Of a stretch of DNA of 64,000 bases, positions 16,265 through 33,691 are shown in pieces. The number at the start of each line of letters is the position of its first letter. Position 1 is the stretch's first letter. The position numbers and the translations under genes are program-made. The stretch lies in contig JBBPEB010000030.1 of assembly GCA_039096225.1 (NCBI GenBank), positions 992,001 to 1,056,000 of the forward strand, read 5' to 3'. The notes beneath the pieces are model-generated. The model was given only the letters and a program-made list of their open reading frames with translations. It made no database searches and was not told the DNA's origin. Origin of the DNA: Blastocystis sp. Blastoise. Taxonomy: Eukaryota; Protista; Bigyra: Opalinata.

Positions 16265-19200
16265 TCAATAGGCTTCATTTTCTGCTTGTATCTTTTTGAG
16301 TCTAGAAAACGATGGATTATGTTTCATAAATGCATCTAAATAATCAAATTCAAAGCTTTTATCGTCATCTGCTTTTATTAAGTTATTTATTTTATATCTT
16401 TTCATTCCATGAATATTCTTATACTTATGAATCTTTTTACTATTCATATTCTTATTTCTATTCTTATTTATACTCTTTTTATTTACACATTTATTATCAG
16501 ATTTTCCTTTATTTTTAGTATTACTACTTCTTGAGCCTTCACTCTTATTATGAGAACTATCTGCTTTACTTTTATTAGAATATATACTAGAATAGTTTGT
16601 TTCTGTCTCTTTTTCTTTTGTTTTCGAACTATTCTCATCAAATAACGTGAAACTCAATGGTAAATCCAAATAATCCCATTTCATTCGATTATCATCTATA
16701 TAATTCATAACGACACGAAACCAGTTATTAAATGATGAAGTATTCTCTCGTTCACTAGAGTGTATTATATATTATATATATATATTGATGTGAACTAAGA
16801 AATAATTTCTTATATAATCATTACTTTAAAAAGCATATATATATATACGTGAATTGAATACTACCATCTGATAATTGTAAGTAATTATAAAGAAATGCAG
16901 AAAAACACAATGGCTATATATATATATATGTTGTTTAAAGTGATTTATATAAAAAGATATAGAGAGAATGCTGAATATATAAAGTCATAGGAAATACTTC
17001 AACTTTATTATATATATGACCCAAAGAACAACAAATTGAATTCAATGTACTGTATATTACCTATTAATAAGTATTATAATCATATATAATATAATTGCTA
17101 TTTATATACAAAATATTCATCTTTTATGGCTAATAAATCTATATTGTCATTTATATAACTTGAATCTATATTAATATATATTATTATTCTTATATATCTT
17201 ATTATTTATATAATATATGTTAATATATGAATATATTTATATATATATAGATAAAAATAACTAGAAATATATACTAAGTCTTCTCACATGAGTATGTTTC
17301 ATATAATGGGCATAAGCCAAAGAATGTAGTATCTTTTTATCATATCGTATATTGTATCGACAATATAATCTATTTATAGTATTATTGTTATAAATATATT
17401 ATTAATATATAATAAATATATTATTAATATATTATTAATATATGATTAATATATAATAAATATATTATTAATATATTATTAATATATAATTAATAAATAA
17501 TGAACATATAATAAATATATAATAAATATATAATAAATATATAATTATAAATACATCAAAGATAGAGGCAATAATATTGGGAAATTTCCATGAATATCTA
17601 TATTTTCATATATATTAGTTACATTATAAATATCACAAAGATCCTTAAGTATATCTTGATCATTTTTGTTATTAATAAAATCTAGTAGAATACGAAATGA
17701 TTCAAAGAAACTATATAAATCATATTATACTAAAATATATAATGATAACTAGACTTATATATTATAAAGAAAAACTTTGACGTGAATATAAACAATAAAA
17801 CAAATAATTATTATTATGTTTTAGAACTCTATGTATACTCCATGTGATCTCCACGTGCTGGAACAACATAGATATAACCCAGATATAGATAATTAAAATA
17901 AAATCTTGTATCTCCATAAAAGTATAGAGTTATATTATACTTAAATGATAAACATGAATTTATATATATACATAAAATTTATCATCAGAAAGGCGTTGAA
18001 GATCAAAACAAAAATGAGATAGTTTTTCTATACATATTATAAATATAATGCATATATGTCAAGAAAATGAGATATATAAATAATTAAAAATCATTATTAA
18101 ATAAATCATATGGATAATAAGCATGTATATAATAAATACTAAAGAATAAGAATAATATGAATACCATCAATTATATATGAATACCATCAATTATATATAA
18201 ATACTAATAGCGTCTTCAGTAGGAAGTCGAGGAGTAATAACACCTTGAGAATTGAATAACAAAAGAAAAGGTAAGTTATTATTATAATCTTGATAGTCCA
18301 TTATAATTTTAGCTATATCTATATAGGAATAGATACATAGAGAATAGTTGAATGAATAATATTCATCATTTTATAGTTCTTTATTATCTATTTGTTATAA
18401 TATTCAAAAGGATCCATTATTATTAATCAAATAGAGATTATTATCATATAAGTTGAAATATGAATATATTTGTAACAAGAAAAGTAATTTTCTTAAAGAA
18501 TATATACTTTCTATTGACATAAATCGTGATAATTTTCTTCTAAATTTGGTTTTTGATATGTTTTTCGTATCACCAACATATAAATCAAGAGGATATTCAG
18601 GAATTGTTTTAGTATTATGTATTTTTATCTTATTCGTTATCTGTAAGATAATCATGATGAATAATAGTATTCCGTATAGAGAAGGCAAAATACACAAAAA
18701 CGAAATATATATATATACCTGTTTAGCCACACTAGTAGCAGTTTCTTTATTAGTTATATTGTATAATTCTTTAATGATTTTTTGGATATCACCTTTATTC
18801 TTATTAATAATTTGTATTAAGTCTTTTATATGGATTTGTGCTATATATATAAATTATATATAGATATACGAATGCATTTTAGTTGCTAATTCTATATTTT
18901 GTGTTAGAATAATAAATAATAAGATTAAAAATATATATATATGAATAAGAAGAAAAAGTGTAAAAAAGAAGAAAAAAAATACTATCATCTATATTAAGTA
19001 GAGATGAAGTGAATCCCGCCAAAGCTCCAAAAAGAGGGAAATATTCAATTGGAAGATTAAGACTTTTCGATACTGTTTCTGGAGAATAAACATATCGATC
19101 ATTAAAGAGCATAGCTAAATAGTATGAATTATATAATAGAAGGAGGATATATACACATATTAATTCCTGTACTTGAAAATCCATCTAATTCAGAAAAGAG

Positions 19201-19989
19201 TATAAGTCCTTTGATATCATATAAAAAGAAATCAGAATCATTAGTCAATACATAACAATTATTTTCTTTTGCATAATGTGCTATTTCTCTATATATATAT
19301 GTATATATATATATAGATCGTCGTTAAATAGAAATATATTATTTAGTAACAATTAAATATAGTATATATAGATCAATTTATTTTAACAAATATATATTAT
19401 TCTAGTTATTCGTCATCGAATCTTTATTATATGTCAATTTATTTTTATCAAATATATAGTATATATATTTGTTAGTAATCTTAAATAGAGTATAAATATA
19501 AATAACTATTAAATATAATACTTATCAATATAAATACAGATCTCCATGTCCAACGATTCGTATGACTCGGCAATTGATATTATTCTCCTTTATATATGAT
19601 GTTAAGCAATCCATAAATATAGGTATTGCATAAAGATCCATATGCATAAAAGAGCCACTTTCGTTCATTTCTTGATAGTCTATTATTATATTATTGATAT
19701 CCTGTTCCTTTCGAACAACTTTGGTGTTTTGCTTTTGATTTTTCACCATACTATCAAAAATACAGTAAACAGGATTCATTTTGTATTTCTCTAACTTGTA
19801 GAAGAAGTATTCGATTAATCGAGAAACAGCTGAATCACACATATCATATTCAAGCGGAAAAAAACTCATCAAACTGTGCATGATGTTATCACCATCGATA
19901 ACTATATCTATTTTATCGTTCTTATTTATAGCTGATGAATATTTGAAATTCTTTTTGTTAACAATACCAGAAAGGCCAAAGATACCCAT
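16265..19989 (-). CDS. XPG/FEN1-type PIN-domain protein (Asteroid/FAM120-like), paralog A
   Basis: Spliced motifs MGIFGL, IVIDGDN, CIFDS, GHGDLEIAHYA, VLTNDSDFFLY and FPLFGALAG. Multi-exon, with a Lys/Asn-rich C-terminus. Confidence 0.8.
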
Positions 19990-20806
19990 TTCATGAAGTT
20001 TATAATTAAAGATATCTTTATATTCAGTATTCAATCAATTATATTTAAAGAAATTATGTATAAAACAAAAAAAACACTAATAACTCTGGAGAAGAACCGA
20101 ATATAAAAGTTATTAAAATATGTTATATCTTTATTATTTCTAACTTTAGGATATATATTATTAATGATTTTTCATATACACAACTAATAGATCAATATTA
20201 TTTATTTCAACTGAAAAATTGAAAACGATCAGTACAAAACAAGTTTTTCATCTTTAGAAGCTTTCGAGTCTCTTCTTTAGGAACGACAGAACAATGCGGC
20301 TAATAGGTTATTTGTGTTCAATACATAATTTAACGTCATTGTTTTATGTGAATTAAACAAGATGAGTGTTTTTTTTTCCTAGATTTGTAGTATTTGATGT
20401 TGTGTAGAGCTGTAGAGATTGTTCTTCATATTTTGATTGCTGAAAGTTGTTGATAACAAGAATTATATGAAAATGGCACAAAAAATTTAGTTATACATAA
20501 TTTGGAATATAGACAATAATTAAATAATAAAAGAATGACCTAATTAAACTATATTGCACATATTTTTCGTTAAAATGTATTAATTATATACAAAATGTAC
20601 TTAAAATTTGATTATGATTCACTAGTCTTATTAGCAAAACAGAGATTTCAAAACAATTCAAATAGTGAATAATTGGCATGATAATAATAGAATATATTTA
20701 GCAAATAAATATAATAATAAAAAAAACAGCACGTAAAAATTGAAAATAAAATAAAGAATAGAAATATATACAGAATAGGAAATAATTGAAAGTATTTATG
20801 AAGAAT

Positions 20807-23800
20807 TTATTTTTTGAATCGTTTTCTAAATGCTTTTTTGCTAGATCCATAATTATTATTATTGTATTCATAATCATCATTGTCATTATCAATACACTTA
20901 TTATCAAAAGAGTTGTGAGTATATTCGTCATCATCATCGTAATGTGTATTCTGATAAGTTGTTTGATCGTTTTTATTATCAGCATGATATTTATTGTTAT
21001 TATGTTGTTTTTTGCCACTGTTGCGGAGAGTAGTATCATCATATTTTTCATTCCTAGAACGATTTTTATTACTTTTAGATCCACTATTGTTAGTTTTATA
21101 TCTATTAGAATTCTTATTATTATTATTGTTATTGCGATTATTATTATATTTAACGTTAGTATTATTGATTTGACTATAATGTTGATCATTATTATCATTA
21201 TTTTGATTGCGGTTTTGATATCTATTACTACCTCTATATATATTAGTGAATTGATTTGGATCATTTGTATCTCTAATAATTGTATTACCCTGATGTTCAG
21301 CATTATGAGTTATAGGAGAAGGTATCTCTAAATAGTCCCATGGATAAGTATTCTCTAGCATATAATGTTCGACTTCAGAATACCATTCGTTAAACGGTGT
21401 CATACCCTCTGGATCACTGTATACATATAATACATAATATTATATATATACATATATAAATGATTACCAGATATAATACACATATATTTTTATATATATA
21501 CGTGAATTGAATACTACCATCTGATAAGTCTAAGTAATCATATAAAAAGGTAGAAAAACATAATGGCTATATATATATTATTTAATCAAAATTTATATAT
21601 ATATAATTAGTTTATTACTATATATATTATATACTTCTAAGTTAGTAAAGAATCGACCAAGAATTCCAAGAATGGAATCAACTGTACTGTATATTACCTA
21701 TTAATAAGTATTATAATCATATATAATATAAATTCATTATATACACAATATTCATCTTTTATGGCTAATAAATCTATGTTGTTATTTATACAACTTAAAT
21801 CTATATTAATATATATTATTATTATATAGTTATTATGAACATAATATATGTTAATATATGAATATATTTATATATATATAGATAAAAACAACTAGAAATA
21901 TATACTAAGTCTTCTCACATGAGTATGTTTCATATAATGGGCATAAGCCAAAGAATGTAGTATCTTTTTATCATATCGTATATTATTATTATAGCGACAA
22001 TATAATCTATTTATAGTATTATTATTATATATATATATAATTAATATATAATAAATAAAATAAATACATCAAAGATAGAGGCAATAATATTGGGAAATTT
22101 CCATGAATATCTATATTTTCATATATATTAGTTACATTATAAACATCACAAAGATCTTTAAGTATATCTTTATCATCCTTTTTATAAGTAAAATAGAGTA
22201 GAATATCAAGTGTAGTAAATAAGCTATATAAATCATACTATACTAAAACATTTAAATTAATTGTATTTATATGTAATAATGTTTATCTGAAATATAATAA
22301 AAGATTTAAAAAATATATATATAATAATCAAGAATGAATATAAAATAATCAAAAAGAATATATATAATAATCAAGAAAGAATCTAGAATAATCAAAAAGA
22401 ATATATACTCCATGTGATCTCCGCGTGCTGGAACATCATAAATATCGGTCATATAACGATAACGGAAATAAGGTCTTGTTTCTCCCTATAATAATAGTGT
22501 ATAAAGTTAGAGGATAGAATATATATATATATATATATACATAGTACTTATCTTTTGCAAGACGTTGAAGATCAAAACAAAAATGAGAAAGATTATCTAA
22601 GTAGTTATTGGATAAAAATTATTATTAATATATATTAATAAAAATACTAAAAACGAATGATTATACACTGGAATATAATATTATTTTAAATAGATCCAAC
22701 AATAATAATAGAAATAATGATATATATATACCAATATCATTTCTGTTAGGAAGTCTAGGAGTAATAACACTTTGAGAATTGAATAAGAAAGACCAGGGGA
22801 AACTGTTATTCAAATCAAGATAGTCCATAATAATCTTTTTAACTTCTATATATAAATAGAGGAATATTACCTTCAATATAAATATTCTAAATGAATAAAA
22901 CTAGTTTAAACAATGTTTGAATAGTATTTAGAATTATATAAATATATAGATATATATATATATACTTTCAATAGACATATATTGCATAAATCTCTCCTTG
23001 AATTCCTCTTTAGAGATATCAAATTCATTAGTTGAATACATATCAAGTGGATACTCATAAGTTGTAGTAGCATCGTATATATATAAACTATTCTTTACCT
23101 AATCAATAGAGATAATATATATAAAAAGAAATCATATTGTAAAAAAAATATGGTAATAAAAAGTTTTAATAAATTTTTAAATAATTATGTATTTTGTTAT
23201 AAATACATACATCTTCAACTCTTTTATTGAGCTCTGCTTCATCAATATCACTATATATTTCTTTCAAAATACTATATATATCCCCATAACATCTATTAAT
23301 AATATCCACAAGAATTGGTATCTCGAGTTCTTCTATAAAGTGATAGATATAATTATAGGGAGTTTCTTACAAGATAAATATTTATGATAGAACAAGAATA
23401 ATAAATAATAAAAATACGACGTTCCCATGTAAATGTAATAGCATCACATCCCGCCAAAACACCAAAAAGAGGGAAATAGCCAATTGGTAGGTTAAGACAT
23501 TTCGATACTATTTCTGGAGAATAAACATATCGATCATTAAAGAACATAGCTAGAAAAGGAAAATATTTATAAATAAATACATAGAATACAAATACATGAA
23601 TTAATTGCAGGACTCGAAAAACCATCTAATTCATTAAACCAGATAAGTCCTTTGATATTATATAAAAAGAAATCAGAATCAGTACTCAATACATAACAAT
23701 TATTATCTTTTGCATACTGCGCAGTTCCTCTATAATAAATATAGAATTATAGAGAATCAATACAAATAAATAGAACAAGAAAAACAATTAATTAACGAAA

Positions 23801-24347
23801 AGAATATAAATACAAGTCCCCATCTCCAATAGCTCGTATAACTTTACAATCGATATTATTTTCTTTTATATATATTCTTAGACAATCCATAAATACGAAT
23901 TTTCCAGACATTGGCAATTCTAGTTAATAGAAATAGTAATAATAGATTCAAAGCATACCATTAAATGATTTTGATGAACCTTCTTTGATTCTTTGATATT
24001 CCTCTATTGATCTATCAATTCTTTTTTCTCTTCTACCGAGTACAGTATTGGTTTTTTGAGGTTTCACTGAACCATCAAAAACAAAGTACAAAGGATTCAT
24101 TTTATAGAGTTTAAGTTTTAAGAACATCATTTTAATAATGTTTTGAATAACAGAAGTACAAAGATCATAATCAAGAGGAAATCGTTTCATAAGATCAAAA
24201 AGAAGATTATCGGCATCAATTACTATGTTTATCTGCTCATCAGTTTCACTAGTAAAGATTAGATAATTACATATGATTTGATACATACACAGCTGATGGA
24301 AAGCCATAATCACAGTTTATAAGTTTTCTCAAGTTGCGTATTCCCAT
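20807..24347 (-). CDS. XPG/FEN1-type PIN-domain protein (Asteroid/FAM120-like), paralog B
   Basis: Spliced motifs MGIRNL, IVIDADN, FVFDG, GDGDLGTAQYA, VLSTDSDFFLY and FPLFGVLAGCD. Exon layout largely parallels paralog A. Asn-rich C-terminus. Confidence 0.8.
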
Positions 24348-25125
24348 AGCAATGAAAATATAATTTATATCCGAATGATTGAAGTTTCAAATATAGAAAT
24401 TATTCTATTGTTTAAAAAAAATGATATTTTTTTAAGATAAAGAAACTTGAAAAAACTCCACAAGTAACTGAAACTATTCGGTTTTAAATCAAATTCATTG
24501 GTTGTTTCAATTATGAATTCTGTGTTGAGTATTGTTTTATTATTGTTGACATGATACATCCAGAATAGTGATGAAATAAGAGATCCTTCTTTTTCAGTAA
24601 AATTCAGCAATTTGGAAAAAAGGAACACAAATAAGAAAAAAATGGTTCATGAAATCTTTAAAATAAGTGGTTAATGTGTTTTGAAGAGAATAGTTCAGTC
24701 CATAATAATATTATTTTTATTAACAACCAAAGAACACCATTTTTTATTGAAAAAATATATAAAAAAATGGAAAAACAAGCAACAAATTGAAAAACCCCAT
24801 GGAAATGAGATCCAATAGAAAAGTGATCCATCTTGAAGTGGAAACTGGATGAGATGGTAAAATACAAAGGGACTCCTTGAAGTCTGCGAGAAAAACTTGT
24901 TTACCGCGGAAGATGTCGGTGTTTATCTTGGAATAAAAATGTTGGGATTCTCTAATCGAAGTTCCTCGATTGTTTTGTTACCATATTTTGGTTCAAGATA
25001 ATATGAGCTTCAAGAATACATTCAAATCTTGAAAGTAATTGTTATCATTTTTTGTTTTAGTTGTCTTGAATTTGATTTTTGCTAGAAAACAAAGTATAAA
25101 TAAGCAAATATTGTTGAATTTAGCC

Positions 25126-28177
<3,052 letters not shown>

Positions 28178-28478
28178 TATTTATTATTCATAATCATTTT
28201 TCTCTACTTTCAAAGAGTTTACAGTTGTATTTTTAGATTCTCTTCTTTCTTTTTTATAACTTGTAACATATACTATTTTCTCTTCGTTTTTCTCATTCAA
28301 AAAAAAAATTCTTTTTATTGTAGATCATTTCAGTGCAACAGCAAAATATATATATATTATTTATTATTATAATTTTAATTTTGTTTTAATTTATATATAT
28401 ATTTTACTTATAATAATAGAATCAACAAAAAACAATAATAAACACTGCAATAGCGATTTGTAATGATGGAAAATAAAT

Positions 28479-28910
28479 TTAATTCTTTCTACAAGCAATA
28501 GCTTCAATTTCAATAAGACAATCTTTAGGAAGACGAGCAACTTCTACACAAGAACGAGCAGGGAAAGTTTCACCTTCTTCTTTAAAGAATTCTTCATAAA
28601 CCTTATTAATAACAGCGAAATCATTCATATTTTTAATGAAGACAGTAGTCTTAACAATATCAGAAGCCTTTAAACCAGAAGCTTCAACAACAGCCTTGAC
28701 GTTTTCTAAGGATTGACGAGCTTGAGCAGCAACACCTTCAACCATAGCACCAGTAGCAGGGTTTACGGGAATTTGTCCAGAAGTAATGACAATACTACCA
28801 AGATCAACACCTTGAACATAAGGACCAATAGCAGCAGGGGCTTTAGTAGTAGCTAATACCTTACTCATTCTAATAAATCTAGTAAATGGAGTTTTTAAAC
28901 AATTGAACAT
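28479..28910 (-). CDS. ridA: RidA (YjgF/YER057c/UK114) enamine/imine deaminase, bacterial type, with N-terminal extension
   Basis: APAAIGPYVQGVDLG, TSGQIPVNP, QARQSLENVKA, IVKTTVF and FPARSCVEVARLPK..IEIEAIA with the catalytic Arg. Intronless. Confidence 0.95.
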   Translation of the reverse strand: MFNCLKTPFTRFIRMSKVLATTKAPAAIGPYVQGVDLGSIVITSGQIPVNPATGAMVEGVAAQARQSLENVKAVVEASGLKASDIVKTTVFIKNMNDFAVINKVYEEFFKEEGETFPARSCVEVARLPKDCLIEIEAIACRKN

Positions 28911-29353
28911 AAAATAATGTATATCTTCAACAACAAACTATTTTTTTTTTTCTTTAAGACTTCTGGAATCAATAGAGAAACTTTTTATTTCTCCTTTTTT
29001 AAATTTATTTAATTTTTATCAAATTTACTCTATTCATTCTCATTAATTCACGATTTTAATTCTCCTATTAATCGTGAAGTTGATCCACCAATCATTTACT
29101 ACGACGATACCCCTTTTTCATTACCACAGTTTCTACTTTTCAATTATTTATTTTTTTTAATATTTTTTTAATTATTCAGTGACTTGATTTTTAGTAGTTA
29201 TAAAAAAATATATGTATTTACATTTCTACATATAATGGTAGTGTTTATATAAGCATCATCTAGTTATAAATTTCAAAAAGAGAAAGAATACAATACAATT
29301 GTCAATGAATATTAATTCTATACAATAAATATAAGATTTCCAGCTTCTATACT

Positions 29354-29908
29354 TTATTGAGCAATATATTCTTCAACAGCTCTTTGAATTACATTATCTT
29401 CAGTATAAACTTGAACAACTAATTTAATTTCTTCTTTTTTGTTATTCTCACCATCCTTAAATATAAATAAAAATAAACCTACATTCTTCAATTGAATATC
29501 TGAAAAAGAACTTAAAGATTGCTTGAAGCTATCTACCTATATATAGATGAAAATAATGTTTTCAAGTTTATATGAAGATCTATAAGATATATATATATAT
29601 ATATATATATACTTTGACTGTCATTTGGTTGTTTGTTTCTTCAATAGTAAACTAAGTGAATTATAAATTAAGATATAATACCAAAAAAAAGAAATACTTT
29701 TAATTGTAATTTTGTTTCTTCATTAATAACATCAGGAATATACTTTATAAATAAAATTAATAATTTTTTAATGAAGAAAAAAATACATAAACAGAATCTA
29801 AAGGTATGAAATGGTCTCCATCAGCTAATGTGAAAAGGAATTGAATATCATGATCTAATGAAGAATATTTCGGCGAAGGTTTAATAGATAAAAAATGCAT
29901 TTGTACAA
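29354..29908 (-). CDS. Small multi-exon hypothetical protein, missed by the ORF track; 5' end unresolved (may extend to ~30405)
   Basis: Five exons join in frame through GT-AG introns: ..VQMHFLSIKPSPKYSSLDHDIQFLFTLADGDHFIPLDSVY|YIPDVINEETKLQLK|FTIEETNNQMTVK|VDSFKQSLSSFSDIQLKN|DGENNKKEEIKLVVQVYTEDNVIQRAVEEYIAQ*. Confidence 0.6.
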
Positions 29909-30600
29909 CTATATAAAGAAGAAGTCAATAAATGAAATGCAAACAAGTTATAATAGGAGGCTACTATAAATAATTTTCTTTTTATAAAGAGTAGCTATAT
30001 ACAAATATTATAATAAGACTAGTGAAAGACCTTGGAAAAGGAATAAAAATGATAATGTATATTTTTTGGTTTGTTCTTTCAAAAATTTCTTGTTTATTGC
30101 TTATTCGTTTTTATATGGTTTATATTTTATAAATCTGGCTTTATTATAATAAAATTCTTGATCGTTAATAGTTATTGGTCTGAATCAATATATTGTATAG
30201 TAGATTTGAATGCAATTTTAATAAATATATTTGTTTAGATTTCATTTATATATTCATTTATGTGTCAAGAATGGCTTGAATACATGATCTAATATAGGAT
30301 TGATGTGTTTTCTAATACTATTCAGGTGCATTGTGTTTTGAATAGTTGTGATATAATAGGGATCTTTATAGAATTCTATTCCAGCTACTTTGAGGAGATG
30401 TACCATGCAAATATCTATCTTAGAAATGATCCGTTGAACATGATTTACCCAATAAGGATATTTTTATTTGAATAGGATATGATTCGTCCTTATGTGAATT
30501 ACCGTGTTTGATTTAAATTCTAAGGTTTCTTTTTTTCTTGATGTTTTAATAAAGACTTTTGATCATTCAAGTATTTTTCAAATCCATTCATTTTTTTTTG

Positions 30601-31901
30601 ATGGACCCAATTTCAGTTGTCGTCATTCTAGGTATTTTTTTTTTTTATTATATGCATATATATTTTAATTCTTTATAACTTTGCTTTTAAATAAAAAGAA
30701 TTATTTTTAATAGAATAATGTAGTTTTTTAATATATTTAGGTATTGCCGCGACAGCATTAATTGTATTAATTGTGAAGGTTATTATTATATGGGTAGAGA
30801 CATGTCAAAGAGATAGAAGACATCGAAATGGGTATGATATAACTATTTACTGTTGATGTTTTTTTTTTAATATATATGTTATAGAATATGGTCAGCTGAT
30901 GAGGATCATTTGCGGGTGTCAAGAGAAGATTTGCCCTCCTATTTTACAATACTCACAGAAGATGAAGTATTTATTGATAGAATTATAGTTTTATTTATTA
31001 TCCACATATAACAATGATATGTTATACTATTATTATGTATTTTAGATACATGAACTTATTAGTCACGATGATTCTGATTTCAGTGAATGTGTTATTTGCT
31101 TAGAAAGCTTTAAAGATAATCATGAAGATTCTATTGTTGTAAGTATATATATGTTAGTTTTTAATATAATAATTATATCATATTATATATATAATTGTTA
31201 TAATAACATTTGTTTGCAAATCATTAATATTCATATTCATTATAATAATTTTTTATTGAATTATATATAGAAACTGAAAGCATGTGGCCATAATTTTCAT
31301 CAGCGTTGTATTTCTGAATGGCTCATGTATATATATTTTATTACTTATTTAATGTTTTAAGAATACTCTATAATATAAACATATGAATATCTTATATATT
31401 GTTTTTAATCTTTTTTTATACTTTTTTTTGTATTTTCATAATTTTTTCGTTTACAATTACTTTATTTTCATGATATCTAGAAGGAATCCTCGTTGTCCTA
31501 TGTGTAAAGATAGTATATCTAATTTCAAATCTTCAAATAGTCAAGATTCGCAAGAGTATGAACGCTCTATTCAAATATCTATGAAGTATATATATATATG
31601 TAGATCCTCAAGTATTAGTATTAGTTCATATGCTTCTGCTGATAGAGATCCTCCTGTTTCCCCATGGGAATTCAATGAGGATCATCCAATCAATAATCTC
31701 CCTTCTCCAAATAATAACGATATAAATAGGAATAGAAGTAGTAGTCCTCGTAATAATGGGATTCAGTATAATATACCCAATATATCCAGTAATTCCCATG
31801 ATTATCCTCCTGCTCGAAGAATGGGAATTAGTTCAAATCATTTATCTTCAGCACCAGAATTATCTATTCATTCTGATTCAGCTATTCCTGAAATTGTCTA
31901 A
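30601..31901 (+). CDS. Transmembrane RING-H2 E3 ubiquitin ligase (ATL-like architecture)
   Basis: N-terminal TM MDPISVVVILGIAATALIVLIVKVIIIW. Spliced RING-H2: CVICLESF...KLKACGHNFHQRCISEWLIRNPRCPMC. GT-AG introns. Confidence 0.9.
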
Positions 31902-31945
31902 CGATTAAAAAGTTATTGGCAATTATTCATTATCATATACTTGTG

Positions 31946-31982
<37 letters not shown>

Positions 31983-33691
31983 GGCATACTTAGAATAACA
32001 CTTATTTTAATTTATCTCTGTCACTTTTCCCTTTTTCTGTAGATTTTTTTGTTTTAGAATTTTGCTTTTGAATTTTATTTTAGAATTTATTATATTTAGA
32101 TTCATTGATATTCATATAAATATCATTCTATAAAAATGTTGATGATATCAAAGTAATATATCATATCTTGTGTTCATATAGTGATATATTATATTTTTTT
32201 TATAAGAGTGTTGTTTTAAATATCTGATGGTAATTATATTATTTATCATATTAGATAACTTTATAAAAATAATCATATAACGATGAATTAGTTATAAAAA
32301 TTATTATTTAATGTATTCTTTTATATTTACTTACATAGTTTATGTAAAACAAAGTATCTCAGTAACCAAGATGAAATGTATGTTCATTATTTTATGACAT
32401 ATTTGAAAAACAATCCGAATACTTTTATATTAATTCTCTAAGAATTACTAATAAATAATTTATATGTTATAGTTATATTGCAGCCAGTGTTTTTAGAATA
32501 TCATATACAAAAGTCTTTTAATAGGATTAGTATCAACATCTAGAAATCTTTTTACGAGTATAATTTTCATATTATTATTATTCCAAGGTTTGTTTGCAAA
32601 TAATTTAAAAGGCAAAATCTTATAATAATTCACAAATAAATAATATATTTCAGAAAATTCTGTTTTGGACACAAACTACAATGTTTTTTTTTAGTTTTTG
32701 TTTCACAAATATCATTTACTTATTCATTTTTCGGTTAATAAGATTTTTATTATGTATAAAATGACTGTTGTTATGTTTCACTCTTTTCCTTCTTAATGAC
32801 ATTGAAAATTATTCATATATGAATAATCTGTCATGTGAATTTATGTAATATATTTTGGTTTTATCTCAAAAGCATAACTATCATATATGAATTAAGTTAT
32901 CAAGTTATATGCAATACTCAATATAATGAAAAAGATATTTTTAAAAATGAAAATATCTAATTGTTTCATTGTTTCCAGTATTCCTTTATACATTTATTCT
33001 ATACTTTATGTGTAGATATCTAGAATAAGTAAGCAAATCAAATTATCATAATGGTCAAGATTTGAGATTTTGTTGTTACTCTATATATTTCGTTAAAAAG
33101 TATTTCATGAAATAAGTAACCCTATTTTTGTATTAAAAATAATATTTATTCATTGGAATACGAATTATTGAAAAAATAATAATCATAAAGTATTCTATTT
33201 TAACAAATAACTTAAATATAATTGAATGGGATGCTCTTGTACTTACGAAGATTCATATAAACAAATGAAAGTAGAAGATTGTCATCAACACATACTAAGA
33301 GAAGATTCTTGAAAGAAGGAATAATCTATTGAATAGCACTTCATGTAACGTTAATGAAAAGTAATGTATGTATCTGATAAAAATACTGGCTTTTTGACAC
33401 AAGTTTCCAGTCAATAAAAAAAAACAAGAAAAATCTTGTGAAGGAGATGAATAAAAAAGAAAAAAATCAGGATTATAAAAAAAAATGTGGAAATCAGAAA
33501 ATGGGAAACAAATAAAAGAATATGGTACTTAATTATGAATAAAAAGAGTATAGAAGTCTCTATTTTTTGATTGAAATAGGATCATTTTAATATTTATGGG
33601 TCATAACGAAATGAGAAAATTCTTGGTAATCAATAAAAAGAACTTTCGTTGCTCATTTTCTATATTATTTTTTCTTGCGTTTCTGGTGAAA

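Noticed and set aside
33117-33124. Single TAACCCTA telo-box ~570 bp upstream of EF1-gamma
   Set aside because: One short match far from the start, which cannot be distinguished from chance.
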